DNA from: Pseudonocardiaceae bacterium
Lineage (GTDB): Bacteria > Actinomycetota > Actinomycetes > Mycobacteriales > Pseudonocardiaceae
Assembly: GCA_046262495.1 (NCBI GenBank)
Contig: JBHEMR010000192.1
Location: forward strand, 2,678-66,677
Direction of reading: 5' to 3'
Length of the DNA: 64,000 bases
This document shows, in pieces, positions 20,328-31,285 of this stretch. How positions within the stretch are numbered: position 1 is the stretch's first letter; each line of letters starts with the position of its first letter. Both the position numbers and the translations under genes were made by a program. The notes beneath the pieces are model-generated. The model had not been told where the DNA came from. It was given only the letters and a program-made list of their open reading frames with translations, and did not search any database.

Positions 20328-22673
20328 GTGGCGGGAGTGAGCGCTGTGAGCCAGGACCTGCAGCGTCCCAATGCAGCGCCGACTGAGCCCAACGCAGCCA
20401 CTGGTTCGCAGCGGCTCCCGTCGGCGACCCGGCGGGTTCGGGCTCGGTTAGCGCGGCGGATCACCGCACAGCGGCCCGGCCCGGTCAGGCAGGTGCTTGA
20501 ACCGCTCGCCGCGGTCCACCGGGAGTTGCACCCCAAGGCCGATCTCGCGCTGCTGCAACGAGCCTATGATGTCGCGGAGACCAAGCATGCTGACCAGAAA
20601 CGTAAGTCTGGCGATCCCTACATCACTCATCCGTTGGCGGTCTCGACTATCCTCGCCGAATTGGGGATGGATACCACCACGCTGGTGGCCGCATTGCTCC
20701 ACGACACTGTGGAGGATACCGACTATTCACTGGTCCGCCTCTCGGCGGACTTCGGTGAGGTGGTCGCACATCTTGTCGATGGCGTCACTAAGCTAGACAA
20801 AGTCAAGCTCGGCGCCGCTGCCGAGGCCGAGACCATTCGTAAAATGGTCATCGCGATGGCCCGTGATCCCCGCGTACTAGTGATCAAACTAGCGGACCGG
20901 CTGCACAATATGCGCACCATGCGCTTCCTGCCACCGGAGCAGCAGGCGCGCAAAGCAAGGGAAACTCTCGAGGTCTTCGCCCCGCTGGCACACCGGCTGG
21001 GCATGGCGACCATCAAGTGGGAGCTTGAGGACCTCTCCTTCGCGATCCTGCACCCGAAAAAATACGACGAAATTGTGCGGCTGGTGGCCAACCGGGCGCC
21101 GTCTCGCGACACCTACCTGCGAACGGTGATTGACGAAGTCTCTGAACAGCTGACCGGGTCGCGGATTACCGCCACCGTTGAAGGCAGGCCCAAGCACTAT
21201 TACTCGATCTATCAGAAGATGATCGTGCGCGGCCGTGATTTCGATGACATCCACGACCTGGTCGGGGTTCGGATCATGGTCGAGGACGTACGCGACTGCT
21301 ACGCCGCGATCGGGGTCGTGCACTCAGTGTGGCAACCGATGCCGGGGCGATTCAAGGATTACGTCGCCCAACCCCGATTCGGGGTCTATCAGTCGCTGCA
21401 TACCACGGTGATCGGACCGGACGGCAAACCGCTGGAAGTGCAGATCCGCACCCGTGACATGCACCGCACCGCGGAGTACGGCATCGCTGCGCACTGGCGG
21501 TACAAGGAGACCAACGGCACCCACAACGGTGTCCATAACGGAGCCGTTGATATCGACGAGATGGCCTGGATGCGCCAGCTGCTGGACTGGCAGCGGGAGG
21601 CCGCCGACCCCAGTGAGTTCCTCGAGTCGCTGCGTTATGACCTAGCCACCCGGGAAATCTTCGTCTTCACACCCAAGGGCGAGGTCATCACGCTGCCCAC
21701 CGGCTCCACCCCGGTCGACTTCGCCTACGCGGTACACACCGAGGTCGGCAACCGTTGCATCGGCGCGCGGGTCAACGGCCAGCTCGTCGCCCTGGAGCGG
21801 CAGTTGGAGAACGGCGAGGTCGTCGAGATCTTCACCTCGAAGGCCGAGGGTGGCGGTCCGAGTCGGGACTGGCTTTCCTTCGTCGCCTCGCCCCGGGCCC
21901 GGGCCAAGATCCGGCAATGGTACGCCAAGGAGCGTCGCGAGGAGGCCATCGAGACTGGCAAGAACGCCATCGCCAAGGAACTGCGCCGGGTGGGACTACC
22001 CGTGCAGCGGCTGGTCTCCGCCGAGTCGATGGTGGCCGTGTCCCGAGAGCTGCGTTATCCCGACGTCAGCGCCCTGTACGCCGCTGTCGGTGAGCACCAT
22101 GCCTCGCCCCGCCATGTGGTGCAACGGTTGGTTGCGCTGCTCGGCGGCGAGGAGGGTGCCGAGGAGGTGCTGGCCGATCGGGCCACTCCCTCCACTGTTG
22201 CGCGCCGCCGACCGACCACTGACTCCGGCGTGCGGGTCAGTGGCGCCGCAGACGTCTACGCCAAGCTCGCCCGGTGCTGCACACCGGTGCCGGGTGACGA
22301 GATCCTCGGGTTTGTCACCCGGGGTGGCGGGGTCAGCGTGCACCGCACCGACTGCCCCAACTCTGAGTCGCTGCGGGCGCAACCTGAGCGGCTGGTCGAC
22401 GTGGAGTGGGCTCCCTCGTCGTCCTCGGTGTTCCTGGTCGCGATTCAGGTAGAGGCGCTGGATCGACACCGCCTACTGTCCGATGTCACCAAGGTGCTCG
22501 CTGACGGCCGGGTGAACATTCTGTCCGCCTCGGTCACTACCACCCGGGACCGGGTGGCGGTGAGCCGGTTCTCCTTCGAGATGGGGGATCCGAAGCACCT
22601 GGGTCACGTGCTGCGCGCGGTGCGCAACATCGAGGGCGTTTACGACGTCTACCGCGTCACGTCTTCCAACTGA
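20328..22673 (+). CDS. relA: bifunctional (p)ppGpp synthetase/hydrolase RelA/SpoT homologue
   Basis: HD domain ([13 protein letters not shown]), synthetase domain ([12 protein letters not shown]), TGS and ACT regions; apt-relA synteny. Confidence 0.95.
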   Translation: MAGVSAVSQDLQRPNAAPTEPNAATGSQRLPSATRRVRARLARRITAQRPGPVRQVLEPLAAVHRELHPKADLALLQRAYDVAETKHADQKRKSGDPYITHPLAVSTILAELGMDTTTLVAALLHDTVEDTDYSLVRLSADFGEVVAHLVDGVTKLDKVKLGAAAEAETIRKMVIAMARDPRVLVIKLADRLHNMRTMRFLPPEQQARKARETLEVFAPLAHRLGMATIKWELEDLSFAILHPKKYDEIVRLVANRAPSRDTYLRTVIDEVSEQLTGSRITATVEGRPKHYYSIYQKMIVRGRDFDDIHDLVGVRIMVEDVRDCYAAIGVVHSVWQPMPGRFKDYVAQPRFGVYQSLHTTVIGPDGKPLEVQIRTRDMHRTAEYGIAAHWRYKETNGTHNGVHNGAVDIDEMAWMRQLLDWQREAADPSEFLESLRYDLATREIFVFTPKGEVITLPTGSTPVDFAYAVHTEVGNRCIGARVNGQLVALERQLENGEVVEIFTSKAEGGGPSRDWLSFVASPRARAKIRQWYAKERREEAIETGKNAIAKELRRVGLPVQRLVSAESMVAVSRELRYPDVSALYAAVGEHHASPRHVVQRLVALLGGEEGAEEVLADRATPSTVARRRPTTDSGVRVSGAADVYAKLARCCTPVPGDEILGFVTRGGGVSVHRTDCPNSESLRAQPERLVDVEWAPSSSSVFLVAIQVEALDRHRLLSDVTKVLADGRVNILSASVTTTRDRVAVSRFSFEMGDPKHLGHVLRAVRNIEGVYDVYRVTSSN

Positions 22674-22701
22674 CTTGCCACAGTGATGTCGAGGTCGAGC
22701 G

Positions 22702-23583
22702 TCAGGTCGCCTTGACGTCGACGGATGTGATCGTGACCGGTTGGTTGGGCTTGCCGCCACCGGGGGAGGGTTCCAACGAGCCATCGTCGCCCGCCTTGGC
22801 TATCTGGTCGAGGACCTCGAGACCGGCCGGCGAAATCGAGGCGAAGACGGTGTATTGGGGTGGGAGTTGAGTCTGGCCGTAGATCAGGAAGAATTGGCTA
22901 CCGCCGCTGTCGGGTTGGCCGGTATTGGCCATCGCTACGAGCCCGCGCCCGTAGGCCAGCTGGGGAAACACCTCATCCGGGATGGTGTATCCCGGTCCGC
23001 CGGTGCCCGACCCAGTCGGATCACCGCATTGCAGCACCTGCAATCCAGGGTTGGTGACCAGGCGGTGGCACGGGCTGTTGGCGTAAAAACCCTGCTGGGC
23101 CAGGCTGACGAAGCTGTTCACGGTGCATGGGGCCAACGCCCGGTCGAGCGTGAGGCCGATCGCGCCGGCTGAGGTCTGCATGGTCACCGGCACGGTGCCT
23201 CGGGCGGAGGTGGAACCGGCCAGCGGGGGCTTCACCGGTCTGGCCGGGGCCTGCTGGGTGGTCGGGTATTGGCAGTCCACCGACGCAGGCAGTGGCGTCG
23301 GCCGAACCGGTAGCGGGGTGAGCTTGTTGTCGGCGCGGGGTGTGGCCGGTGGGCTCGCTTTGGCCGGTGTTGTCGCTGTGGACGGCTTCGCGGTGGCCTC
23401 GACTGCCTGGTGCCGGTTGCCCAACGTCACGATCAGCACCACGATGCCGATGACCAGCACCACCGCGGCCACGCCGCCCGCCACGGCATACCTGCGACGC
23501 GCCTTGGCTCGTTCCGCTCGGCGGACGAGCTGGCGATCCAGTTTACGTTTCGCGGCCTCGCGACGCTGCTCGTTCGTGGGCAC
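22702..23583 (-). CDS. ppiB: membrane-anchored cyclophilin-type peptidyl-prolyl isomerase
   Basis: N-terminal basic region plus TM, and the C-terminal cyclophilin core (FHRLV-like CHRLV, GGPGYTIPDE, MANTG..SGGSQFF). Confidence 0.9.
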   Translation of the reverse strand: MPTNEQRREAAKRKLDRQLVRRAERAKARRRYAVAGGVAAVVLVIGIVVLIVTLGNRHQAVEATAKPSTATTPAKASPPATPRADNKLTPLPVRPTPLPASVDCQYPTTQQAPARPVKPPLAGSTSARGTVPVTMQTSAGAIGLTLDRALAPCTVNSFVSLAQQGFYANSPCHRLVTNPGLQVLQCGDPTGSGTGGPGYTIPDEVFPQLAYGRGLVAMANTGQPDSGGSQFFLIYGQTQLPPQYTVFASISPAGLEVLDQIAKAGDDGSLEPSPGGGKPNQPVTITSVDVKAT

Positions 23584-23684
23584 CCGGACTCCTGTGGCTC
23601 GGCGACGATCGCGGCGCAGTCTATGTGGGCCGCGGTTGAGCCCGCCGCCAGCCTCCCTGACGTGCGCGCCCTAGGCTGGGACCT

Positions 23685-24386
23685 GTGCTCCTCGCAGGTT
23701 TCCCCACCGGATCCTTCCAGGCGAACTGCTTCGTGCTCGCCCACGAGGCTGGCGGTCCGTGCGTGGTGGTCGACCCGGGGGAGGGTTCCGAGCAGCCACT
23801 AGACGACCTCCTGCGCCAGCACCGGCTCGACCCGGTGGCGGTCCTGCTCACACATGGGCATTTCGATCACATCTTCGCGGTGACGCCGGTATGCGACGGC
23901 AATGACATCCCGGCTTGGATCCATCCCGAGGACCGGGTGTTGCTGTCCGACCCGCTACGGGCGCTGTCTGCCGATGCGCGCCAGTTCTTCGGCGGCCGGG
24001 TTGCGCTGCGCGAGCCCCGTGAGGTGCGCTTGCTGGCTGACGGGGCGTCCTTGGAGCTGGCCGGGCTGACCCTGACCGTCGACCACACCCCGGGTCACAC
24101 CCGCGGCTCGGTGACCTTCCGCTCGGTGGCTGACGAGGGCTCCGGTGCGGGGCCGGGCCTGCTGATCTCCGGCGACACGCTGTTCGCCGGTTCGATCGGA
24201 CGAACCGATCTACCCGGCGGTGACCACGAGCAGATGCTCGCCTCGCTAAGGGACAAGATCCTTGTGCTGGACGACGAGACTGTGGTGCGGCCCGGGCACG
24301 GTCCGCAGACCACCATCGGTCGGGAACGTGCGAGCAACCCGTTCCTGCACGGCCTCACCGCTCCTGGCCGATCCCGAGGATTATGA
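23685..24386 (+). CDS. MBL-fold metallo-hydrolase (glyoxalase II-like)
   Basis: THGHFDH metal motif and C-terminal GRTDLPGGD; conserved next to ppiB. Confidence 0.85.
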   Translation: MLLAGFPTGSFQANCFVLAHEAGGPCVVVDPGEGSEQPLDDLLRQHRLDPVAVLLTHGHFDHIFAVTPVCDGNDIPAWIHPEDRVLLSDPLRALSADARQFFGGRVALREPREVRLLADGASLELAGLTLTVDHTPGHTRGSVTFRSVADEGSGAGPGLLISGDTLFAGSIGRTDLPGGDHEQMLASLRDKILVLDDETVVRPGHGPQTTIGRERASNPFLHGLTAPGRSRGL

Positions 24387-24391
24387 GGTGA

Positions 24392-25681
24392 TCACGTCCG
24401 TTCAGCGACGGGTTCGATCTTGTCGTGCCGGGCCACCAGTGCGGCGATCGCCGTGGTGATGGGGACAGCGGCGACGAGCCCGATGCTGCCGACCAGCGTG
24501 CGGACCACCTCCTGGGCGACGTCCTGAGTGGTCACCAGGGTGCCGAAACTCTGCCCGGACAGCGAAAAGAGCAGTAGCACGGGCAACACGGCTCCGGTGT
24601 AGGCGAGCGCCAAGGTGTTGACCGCAGAAGAGATGTGGTCCCGGCCGATCCGCAGTGCGGCGGTATAAAGCTGCCGGGCCCCGAGCTCGGGATTCGCCCG
24701 GCGCAATTCCCATACCGAACTCGTCTGGGTGACGGTGACATCGTCGAGGACGCCGAGAGCTCCGATAAGCATCCCGGCTAACAGCAAACCCCGCGCATCG
24801 ATTCCGTGGCCGAGGACTCCGATGAGCTTGGCGGTGTCGTCGTCCAGCCCGGTCAGTTGGGTGGCCGCGGAGAATGCGGTACCGAGCACCCCGATCAGAG
24901 CGAGGCTCAGCACCGTGCCTAAAACCGCGCTGGAGGTCTGTGCCGAGACACCGTGCGTGAGATACAGCACCCCAAACATGATCATACTCGCAGCCAGCAC
25001 GCCGACGATCACCGGGTTGCCGCCGGTCAGGATCGCGGGGAACAGGTAAGTCACCAACACCAGAAAGCTGAAGCCCAGCGCGGCCAGCGACGCGAGGCCT
25101 CGCCACCGGCCGAGCAACAACACAGCGGCGGCGAACAGCGCGGCCAGCCACAGCATCGAGGCGCCACGCTGAAAATCCTGGATCTGGTAAGACGCGGCGT
25201 CGGAAGGATTTCCACCGGTGTACCCGAGGACCACGTGGTCGCCGACCGCGAAACGCGGCGTGCTCGGTTCGTCGGGCAATACCTGTTGGATCACCACACC
25301 CGGTGAGTAGCCGTCGGTGAGCTGCACGCTGAGCGAAATGCACTTCTTGTCTTGACCTGCGGACCCGGCACCATCAACGCCTGCACCGCCGGTGGTGCAG
25401 GGGGCGGAGGTCGCAGTGAGCACCTCGCCCTGCACGGGCCGCTGCCCCAGTCCGATGTCGACACCGCTGTGGGGGTGGTCACCCGGCCAGGTCAGCCAGA
25501 GCCCTACGACGGTGGCTAGCGCGACGGGGACCAGGACCGCCACCAGCAACATCTTGACCCGGCGGGAGGACGGCGGCGCAGGTCCGTGCCCATGTCCGTG
25601 GCCATGCAAGCTGGCGGTCCCGGCCGGCTCGCCGGTGCCGCGGTCACGGTGCCGGCCGGTTCTGTGGTCCAGTGCACTCAT
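24392..25681 (-). CDS. YibE/F-family integral membrane protein
   Basis: Multi-TM C-terminal half typical of YibE/F. Start taken at MSALDH (ATG 25681, GAGAGG upstream). HGHGHGHG stretch in the N-terminal cytoplasmic part. Confidence 0.7.
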   Translation of the reverse strand: MSALDHRTGRHRDRGTGEPAGTASLHGHGHGHGPAPPSSRRVKMLLVAVLVPVALATVVGLWLTWPGDHPHSGVDIGLGQRPVQGEVLTATSAPCTTGGAGVDGAGSAGQDKKCISLSVQLTDGYSPGVVIQQVLPDEPSTPRFAVGDHVVLGYTGGNPSDAASYQIQDFQRGASMLWLAALFAAAVLLLGRWRGLASLAALGFSFLVLVTYLFPAILTGGNPVIVGVLAASMIMFGVLYLTHGVSAQTSSAVLGTVLSLALIGVLGTAFSAATQLTGLDDDTAKLIGVLGHGIDARGLLLAGMLIGALGVLDDVTVTQTSSVWELRRANPELGARQLYTAALRIGRDHISSAVNTLALAYTGAVLPVLLLFSLSGQSFGTLVTTQDVAQEVVRTLVGSIGLVAAVPITTAIAALVARHDKIEPVAERT

Positions 25682-25757
25682 CAGCTGGGCGTGCCTCTCT
25701 GGTCGATACCGCGCTACGTTCCTAGCGGATCGAATGTGTGTTCGATACAGTGGGTCG

Positions 25758-26822
25758 ATGCGGTGGGACAACCTGATGCTCTCGGACGAGTCTGCCCAGG
25801 ACGCGCTGTTTGGGGCAGAGGACGTCATCAGGCGTACCTTTGACACCCCGGAGTTCCGCGGGATGACCTTTTACGAGGTGCGGGCCCAGTCGATCATCAA
25901 TAAGGTACCTGGCCAATCCCGGATGCCCTTCGAGTGGACCGTCAACCCTTATCGCGGCTGCAGCCATGCTTGTGTTTATTGCTTCGCTCGGCGGACTCAT
26001 GAGTACCTCGATCTTGACGCTGGGATCGATTTCGACTCGAAGATCGTGGTGAAAGTCAACGCGCCGGAGCTGCTGCGTAGGCAGCTCATGTCCTCGCGTT
26101 GGGCGGGAAGCCATATCGCGATGGGTACTAACGTCGATCCCTACCAGCGGGTCGAGGGGCGCTACCGGCTGATGCCCGGCATCCTTGAGGCTCTCCGCGA
26201 TACGCGGAATCGGTTCTCGATTCTCACCAAGGGCACCCTGGTGTTGCGTGACCTGCACCTGCTCCGCGAAGCCGCGAAGGTCACCGACGTCGCGGTCAAC
26301 GTCTCAGTGGGATTTGTCGACGGGGCGCTCTGGCGCCAGGTCGAGCCTGGCGCGCCCGCGCCGCGCGCCCGGCTCAGCGTGTGTCGCACGCTCACCGATG
26401 CGGGCATCGGATGCGGTGTGCTGATGGCACCTGTACTCCCGTACCTCACAGACTCACTGAGTCAACTTGAGGCGACAGTGTGCGCGATCGCGGAGGCCGG
26501 CGCCCGCAGTATCACCCCACTCGTGCTCCACCTGCGCCCCGGCGCGCGGGAGTGGTACCTCGCCTGGCTGGAGCGCGAGCACCCGGAGCTGGTGTCCCGC
26601 TATCAAGAGCTTTACGGCGCAGGCGCATACGCCCCCAAGACATATCGGCAGAGCATCTCCGCTCGGGTCGCCGCACTGGCTCGGCGTTACGGCGTCGGAG
26701 CCGTGGTACCAGGCGAAGCCCGCAGATCCCCGGTCCGGCGCACCGTGGTGCGGGGACGGCCCGCGGTGGCAAGCGCCTCAAGCTCAACGAATTCGCAGCC
26801 GGAGCAGCTCAGGCTGCTATGA
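25758..26822 (+). CDS. Rv2578c-type radical SAM protein
   Basis: CSHACVYC (CxxxCxxC) cluster motif. Start at MRWDNL (ATG 25758); the longer ORF overlaps the divergent YibE/F gene. Confidence 0.85.
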   Translation: MRWDNLMLSDESAQDALFGAEDVIRRTFDTPEFRGMTFYEVRAQSIINKVPGQSRMPFEWTVNPYRGCSHACVYCFARRTHEYLDLDAGIDFDSKIVVKVNAPELLRRQLMSSRWAGSHIAMGTNVDPYQRVEGRYRLMPGILEALRDTRNRFSILTKGTLVLRDLHLLREAAKVTDVAVNVSVGFVDGALWRQVEPGAPAPRARLSVCRTLTDAGIGCGVLMAPVLPYLTDSLSQLEATVCAIAEAGARSITPLVLHLRPGAREWYLAWLEREHPELVSRYQELYGAGAYAPKTYRQSISARVAALARRYGVGAVVPGEARRSPVRRTVVRGRPAVASASSSTNSQPEQLRLL

Positions 26823-26912
26823 CGAGGGGACGCCGACGGCGGCAGCCCTCTCGGCGCGGCTAGCCTCTGCAGGGTCCGGTTTGCCGTCGGAGAGACCTAG
26901 GAGCGAGTTCCC

Positions 26913-28682
26913 GTGATGCGCACCCACCCTGCCGGCACGCTGCGCGCCGAGCATGCCGGGAACACCGTCACCCTCGCCGGGTGGGTTGCCCGGCGCCGCG
27001 ACCACGGGGGCGTAATCTTTATCGACCTGCGAGACGCCTCCGGGGTGGCGCAGGTGGTCTTCCGAGAGGGTGACATGGCGCAGCGGGCGCACCGGCTGCG
27101 CGCCGAGTTCTGCCTGCAGGTCACTGGCACCGTGGCGATCCGCCCCGAGGGCAATGCGAACCCGGACATTCCCACTGGGAGCATTGAAGTCACTGCCGAG
27201 GAGCTGACGGTGCTCAGCGAGTCAGCACCGTTGCCGTTTCCGCTCGACGAGCACCTTGAGGTCGGCGAGGAGATCCGGTTGCGGCACCGCTACCTCGATC
27301 TGCGCCGGGCCAGCCCCGCTGCCGCGATGCGACTGCGTAGCGAAGCCAATCGGATCGCCCGCAGGGTGCTGTATGAGGAGCGCTTCGTCGAGGTGGAAAC
27401 CCCGACCTTGACCCGATCCACCCCGGAAGGGGCCCGGGACTTCCTGGTGCCGGCGCGGCTACAGCCGGGCTGCTGGTATGCACTGCCGCAGTCACCGCAG
27501 CTGTTCAAGCAGCTACTCATGGTCGCTGGCATGGAGCGGTACTACCAGATCGCCCGCTGCTACCGAGATGAGGACTTCCGCGCCGACCGGCAGCCTGAGT
27601 TCACCCAGCTCGACATCGAGATGAGCTTCGTCGAGCAGGATGACGTGATCGCGCTTGGCGAGAAAGTGATCGCCGCCCTGTGGGCGGCGTTGGCTGACTA
27701 CCACATCGAGCTGCCGATCAGCCGGCTGAGCTACCTCGACGCGATGGCGCGCTACGGCACCGATAAACCAGACCTCCGTCTCGGGCTTGAGCTTATCGAG
27801 CTGACCAGCTACTTCGCCGACACCCCATTCCGGGTGTTCCAAGCGCCCTATGTGGGAGCGGTGGTCATGCCCGGCGGAGCGAGCCAGCCGCGGCGGCAGC
27901 TGGACGCGTGGCAGGAGTGGGCTAAGCAACGGGGTGCCAAGGGACTGGCCTATGTGCTCATCGGCGCGGACGGTGAGCTGTCCGGGCCGGTGGCGCGCAA
28001 CCTTGCTGAGCATGAGCGGGAGGGCCTGGCTAAGGCGACCGGCGCCAACCCTGGCGACTGTGTGTTTTTCGCTGCCGGTGATGCACGTGACGCGCGTGCT
28101 CTGCTGGGTGCCGCCCGGGTGGAGGTCGGTCGGCGCTGCGGCCTGATTGACGAGTCGGCCTGGTCATTCGTCTGGGTAGTCGATGCACCCATGTTCGAAT
28201 CCGCCGAGGGCAGTGGCGATGTGCCAATGGGGCACAGCAGCTGGACGGCGGTTCATCATCCATTCACCGCGCCCACGCGGGAGTGGATAGGCCGTTTCGA
28301 GCAGAACCCGGGCGCCGCGCTGGCCTATGCTTACGACATCGTCTGCAACGGCAACGAGATCGGCGGGGGCTCGATCCGTATCCATCAGGCTGACGTACAA
28401 CAACGAGTTTTCCAGGTTCTCGGGATCACCGATGACGAGGCCCGAGACAAGTTCGGGTTCCTACTCGAGGCTTTTCGTTACGGCCCGCCGCCGCATGGAG
28501 GTATTGCCTTCGGCTGGGACCGGGTCTGCATGCTGCTCGCCGGTGTTGACTCATTGCGTGAGGTCATTGCGTTCCCGAAGTCCGGTGGAGGTTTCGACCC
28601 GCTCACCGGCGCTCCAGCCCCGATCACCCGAGAGCAGCGCATCGAGGCGGGGGTGGACGCGAAGCCTGCCGCGAAGGGATAG
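26913..28682 (+). CDS. aspS: aspartate--tRNA ligase
   Basis: OB-fold N-terminus ([19 protein letters not shown]), class II motifs ([18 protein letters not shown]-like, [12 protein letters not shown]-type). Confidence 0.95.
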   Translation: MMRTHPAGTLRAEHAGNTVTLAGWVARRRDHGGVIFIDLRDASGVAQVVFREGDMAQRAHRLRAEFCLQVTGTVAIRPEGNANPDIPTGSIEVTAEELTVLSESAPLPFPLDEHLEVGEEIRLRHRYLDLRRASPAAAMRLRSEANRIARRVLYEERFVEVETPTLTRSTPEGARDFLVPARLQPGCWYALPQSPQLFKQLLMVAGMERYYQIARCYRDEDFRADRQPEFTQLDIEMSFVEQDDVIALGEKVIAALWAALADYHIELPISRLSYLDAMARYGTDKPDLRLGLELIELTSYFADTPFRVFQAPYVGAVVMPGGASQPRRQLDAWQEWAKQRGAKGLAYVLIGADGELSGPVARNLAEHEREGLAKATGANPGDCVFFAAGDARDARALLGAARVEVGRRCGLIDESAWSFVWVVDAPMFESAEGSGDVPMGHSSWTAVHHPFTAPTREWIGRFEQNPGAALAYAYDIVCNGNEIGGGSIRIHQADVQQRVFQVLGITDDEARDKFGFLLEAFRYGPPPHGGIAFGWDRVCMLLAGVDSLREVIAFPKSGGGFDPLTGAPAPITREQRIEAGVDAKPAAKG

Positions 28683-28684
28683 CG

Positions 28685-29623
28685 GTGCTGCACCTACGGG
28701 TGACCTGCCCGGCGGAGAACACCGACGCGGTGATTGACACGCTACGTAAGGAGCCCGGCGCGGTACACCTCACTGTGCTGCGGGGTGCCGCGATCGATCC
28801 ACCCGGTGATCTCGTCGAAGCGGACATGGTTCGCGAGGCCGCCGACGCGGTGTTGGCCGCACTGTGCGGGTTGGGTGTCGACCACGTCGGCGGGGTCACC
28901 CTGGAACCACTGGACACCGTGCTCTCCGACGCGGCGGACGCCGCCGCGGTGACCGTGCCGGGAGAGCCCGCTGACGCGGTGGTCTGGGACGAGCTCATCG
29001 CGCGGACCGGAGACGATTCACGACTGACTTTCACCTTCATGGCGTTCCTTACCTTGGCCTGCCTGATCGCGGTGGTCGGAGTGGTCACGGATTCTCCGAT
29101 CACCGTGGTGGGGGCGATGGTCGTCGGGCCGGAGTTTGCGCCGCTGGCGGCAATGGCGGTCGGGCTGGTGCTACGCCGTGGTGATCTGATCCGCAGGGCG
29201 GCAATGGCGTTGGGCCTCGGCTTCCCGCTGGCCATGCTCATTGCCGCCGCCGGCGCGTTGCTCGGCGAATGGACCGGGCTGATCGATGTGGAAGTCGTCG
29301 GTTCACTCAAGCAGGTCGACTTCATCTATCAGGTGGGGCCCTTCTCCCTGATCCTCGCCATGCTGGCCGGCGCGGCCGGGATGCTCAGTCTCACGTCGGC
29401 GAAGTCGGCCGCGCTGATCGGGGTGTTCATCTCGGTAACGACGGTGCCAGCCGCGGCGTTTGCGGTGGTTGCTATCACCACTGGCGCCTGGCGGACGGCC
29501 GGTGAGTCGACCCTGCAGCTGCTGGTGAACCTGGTCGGCATCGCGTTTGCGGGGGTCCTCGTGCTATTGCTGCGCACCCGCCGTGAGGACCGCAGCCTCG
29601 GCCGTCCGCTGACCCGGGGCTGA
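28685..29623 (+). CDS. DUF389-family membrane protein
   Basis: Soluble N-terminal domain followed by multiple TM helices with the DUF389-like pattern; follows aspS. Confidence 0.7.
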   Translation: MLHLRVTCPAENTDAVIDTLRKEPGAVHLTVLRGAAIDPPGDLVEADMVREAADAVLAALCGLGVDHVGGVTLEPLDTVLSDAADAAAVTVPGEPADAVVWDELIARTGDDSRLTFTFMAFLTLACLIAVVGVVTDSPITVVGAMVVGPEFAPLAAMAVGLVLRRGDLIRRAAMALGLGFPLAMLIAAAGALLGEWTGLIDVEVVGSLKQVDFIYQVGPFSLILAMLAGAAGMLSLTSAKSAALIGVFISVTTVPAAAFAVVAITTGAWRTAGESTLQLLVNLVGIAFAGVLVLLLRTRREDRSLGRPLTRG

Positions 29624-29690
29624 CGTCCGCATGCCGCCGGGTTAATGCGGTGGAATCTGCTCAGTCGGCCGGCGGCGGTACCGTCGCGGT

Positions 29691-31091
29691 GTGGTCGATA
29701 ACGGGGCAGATAACGGTGTGGCTAGTAACCGTGCGAGTAATGAAGCTCTTTTCGGCGAGGGGCTGTTCGCTGCGCAGGCCGAAAAGCGTGCCGAGCAGCG
29801 GCTGTCCGCCTCAGCGCCGCTAGCGGTACGGATGCGCCCGGCCACGCTGGCGGAGGTCGTCGGGCAGGATCATCTACTGGCGCCCGGCAGCCCGTTGCGC
29901 CGGTTGGTCGAGGGTGGATCGGCGGCGTCGGTCATCCTCTACGGCCCACCGGGAACCGGGAAGACGACGCTGGCCAGGTTGGTCTCGCAGGCGACCGGCC
30001 GACGCTTCGAGGCGATGTCAGCGCTGTCGGCGGGGGTCAAGGAAGTCCGCGCCGTGATTGACGCGGCCCGTCGCCGGTTGGGACGCGAGGGCGGCGACGC
30101 CACTGTGCTGTTCATTGACGAGGTGCACCGCTTCTCCCGCACCCAACAGGATGCGCTGCTCGGTGCGGTCGAGGACCGAGTCATCCTGCTGGTCGCCGCG
30201 ACCACCGAGAACCCGTTCTTCTCGGTGGTATCGCCGCTGCTGTCGCGCTCACTGGTGCTGCAGTTGCACCCCTTATCCGACGGCGACGTGCAGGGCCTGA
30301 TCCAGCGTGCCTTGACCGATCCGCGCGGCCTGGCCGGGTCGATCACCCTCGCGGCTGCGGCCGAGGAACACCTCGTGCGTCTCGCCGCCGGGGATGCCCG
30401 GCGCGCGCTAATCGCACTTGAGACCGCCGCCGAGGCGGTGACCTCAGCCGGCGGCACCGAGGTGGACCTGGCTTGCGTCGAGTCAGTGGTGAACCGAGCG
30501 GCGGTGCGCTACGACCGGGACGGGGACCAGCACTACGACGTGATCAGTGCCTTCATCAAGGCCATCCGCGGGTCCGATGTGGATGCGGCGTTGCACTACC
30601 TGGCGCGGATGGTGGAGGCGGGAGAGGACCCCCGATTCATCGCCCGGCGGCTGGTGGTACACGCCAGCGAGGACATCGGGATGGCTGACCCCACGGCCTT
30701 GCAGACCGCGGTGGCCGCCGCCCACGCGGTGCAGTTCATCGGCATGCCCGAGGGCAGGCTTGCGCTTGCCCAGGCCACCGTGCATTTGGCTACCGCACCG
30801 AAATCCAACGCGGTGATCGCCGGGATCGACGCGGCCCTGGCTGACGTCCGTGCCGGTGCCACCGGGGCCGTTCCCGCTCACCTGCGCGACGGACATTACG
30901 TGGGCTCGGCCCGGCTTGGTCATGCGCAGGGTTATCTCTACCCCCACGACGCGCCTGACGGCGTGCTGGCCCAGCAGTATCCCCCGGACGCCCTGGTCGG
31001 CCGCGATTATTACCAACCCAGCGCCCACGGCGCCGAACGCGCCCTCTCCGAGCGGATAACCCGGCTCCGCGGAATCATCCGCGGCCGCTGA
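29691..31091 (+). CDS. rarA: replication-associated recombination protein A (AAA+ ATPase)
   Basis: Walker [10 protein letters not shown], Walker [10 protein letters not shown], and the MgsA C-terminal motif ([27 protein letters not shown]). Confidence 0.9.
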   Translation: MVDNGADNGVASNRASNEALFGEGLFAAQAEKRAEQRLSASAPLAVRMRPATLAEVVGQDHLLAPGSPLRRLVEGGSAASVILYGPPGTGKTTLARLVSQATGRRFEAMSALSAGVKEVRAVIDAARRRLGREGGDATVLFIDEVHRFSRTQQDALLGAVEDRVILLVAATTENPFFSVVSPLLSRSLVLQLHPLSDGDVQGLIQRALTDPRGLAGSITLAAAAEEHLVRLAAGDARRALIALETAAEAVTSAGGTEVDLACVESVVNRAAVRYDRDGDQHYDVISAFIKAIRGSDVDAALHYLARMVEAGEDPRFIARRLVVHASEDIGMADPTALQTAVAAAHAVQFIGMPEGRLALAQATVHLATAPKSNAVIAGIDAALADVRAGATGAVPAHLRDGHYVGSARLGHAQGYLYPHDAPDGVLAQQYPPDALVGRDYYQPSAHGAERALSERITRLRGIIRGR

Positions 31092-31285
31092 TCGCGGCAA
31101 CACGCCTCCCAGACGCCAGTGGCGCACCCCAGGCAGAAGTGCTCCTCGTCTGCGACTTGCCCACGGCCTGGAGAGTTGCGATCATGAGCGCACATGGATC
31201 AGCAGGCTCGCTCCAGGTTCGTGGTGTAGCGCTGGTGTGACGCAGAATCCGCTGTTGACGCGTCGTCGACATTGCGTAGGCATCC

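Noticed and set aside
31092-31285. Search for an IdeR/DtxR iron box (TTAGGTTAGGCTAACCTAA-like) upstream of the NIS genes
   Set aside because: The best manual alignment (around TAGGCA at 31276) matches only about half of the 19 positions. The nearby GACGCGTC/GTCGAC palindromes are not iron-box-like.
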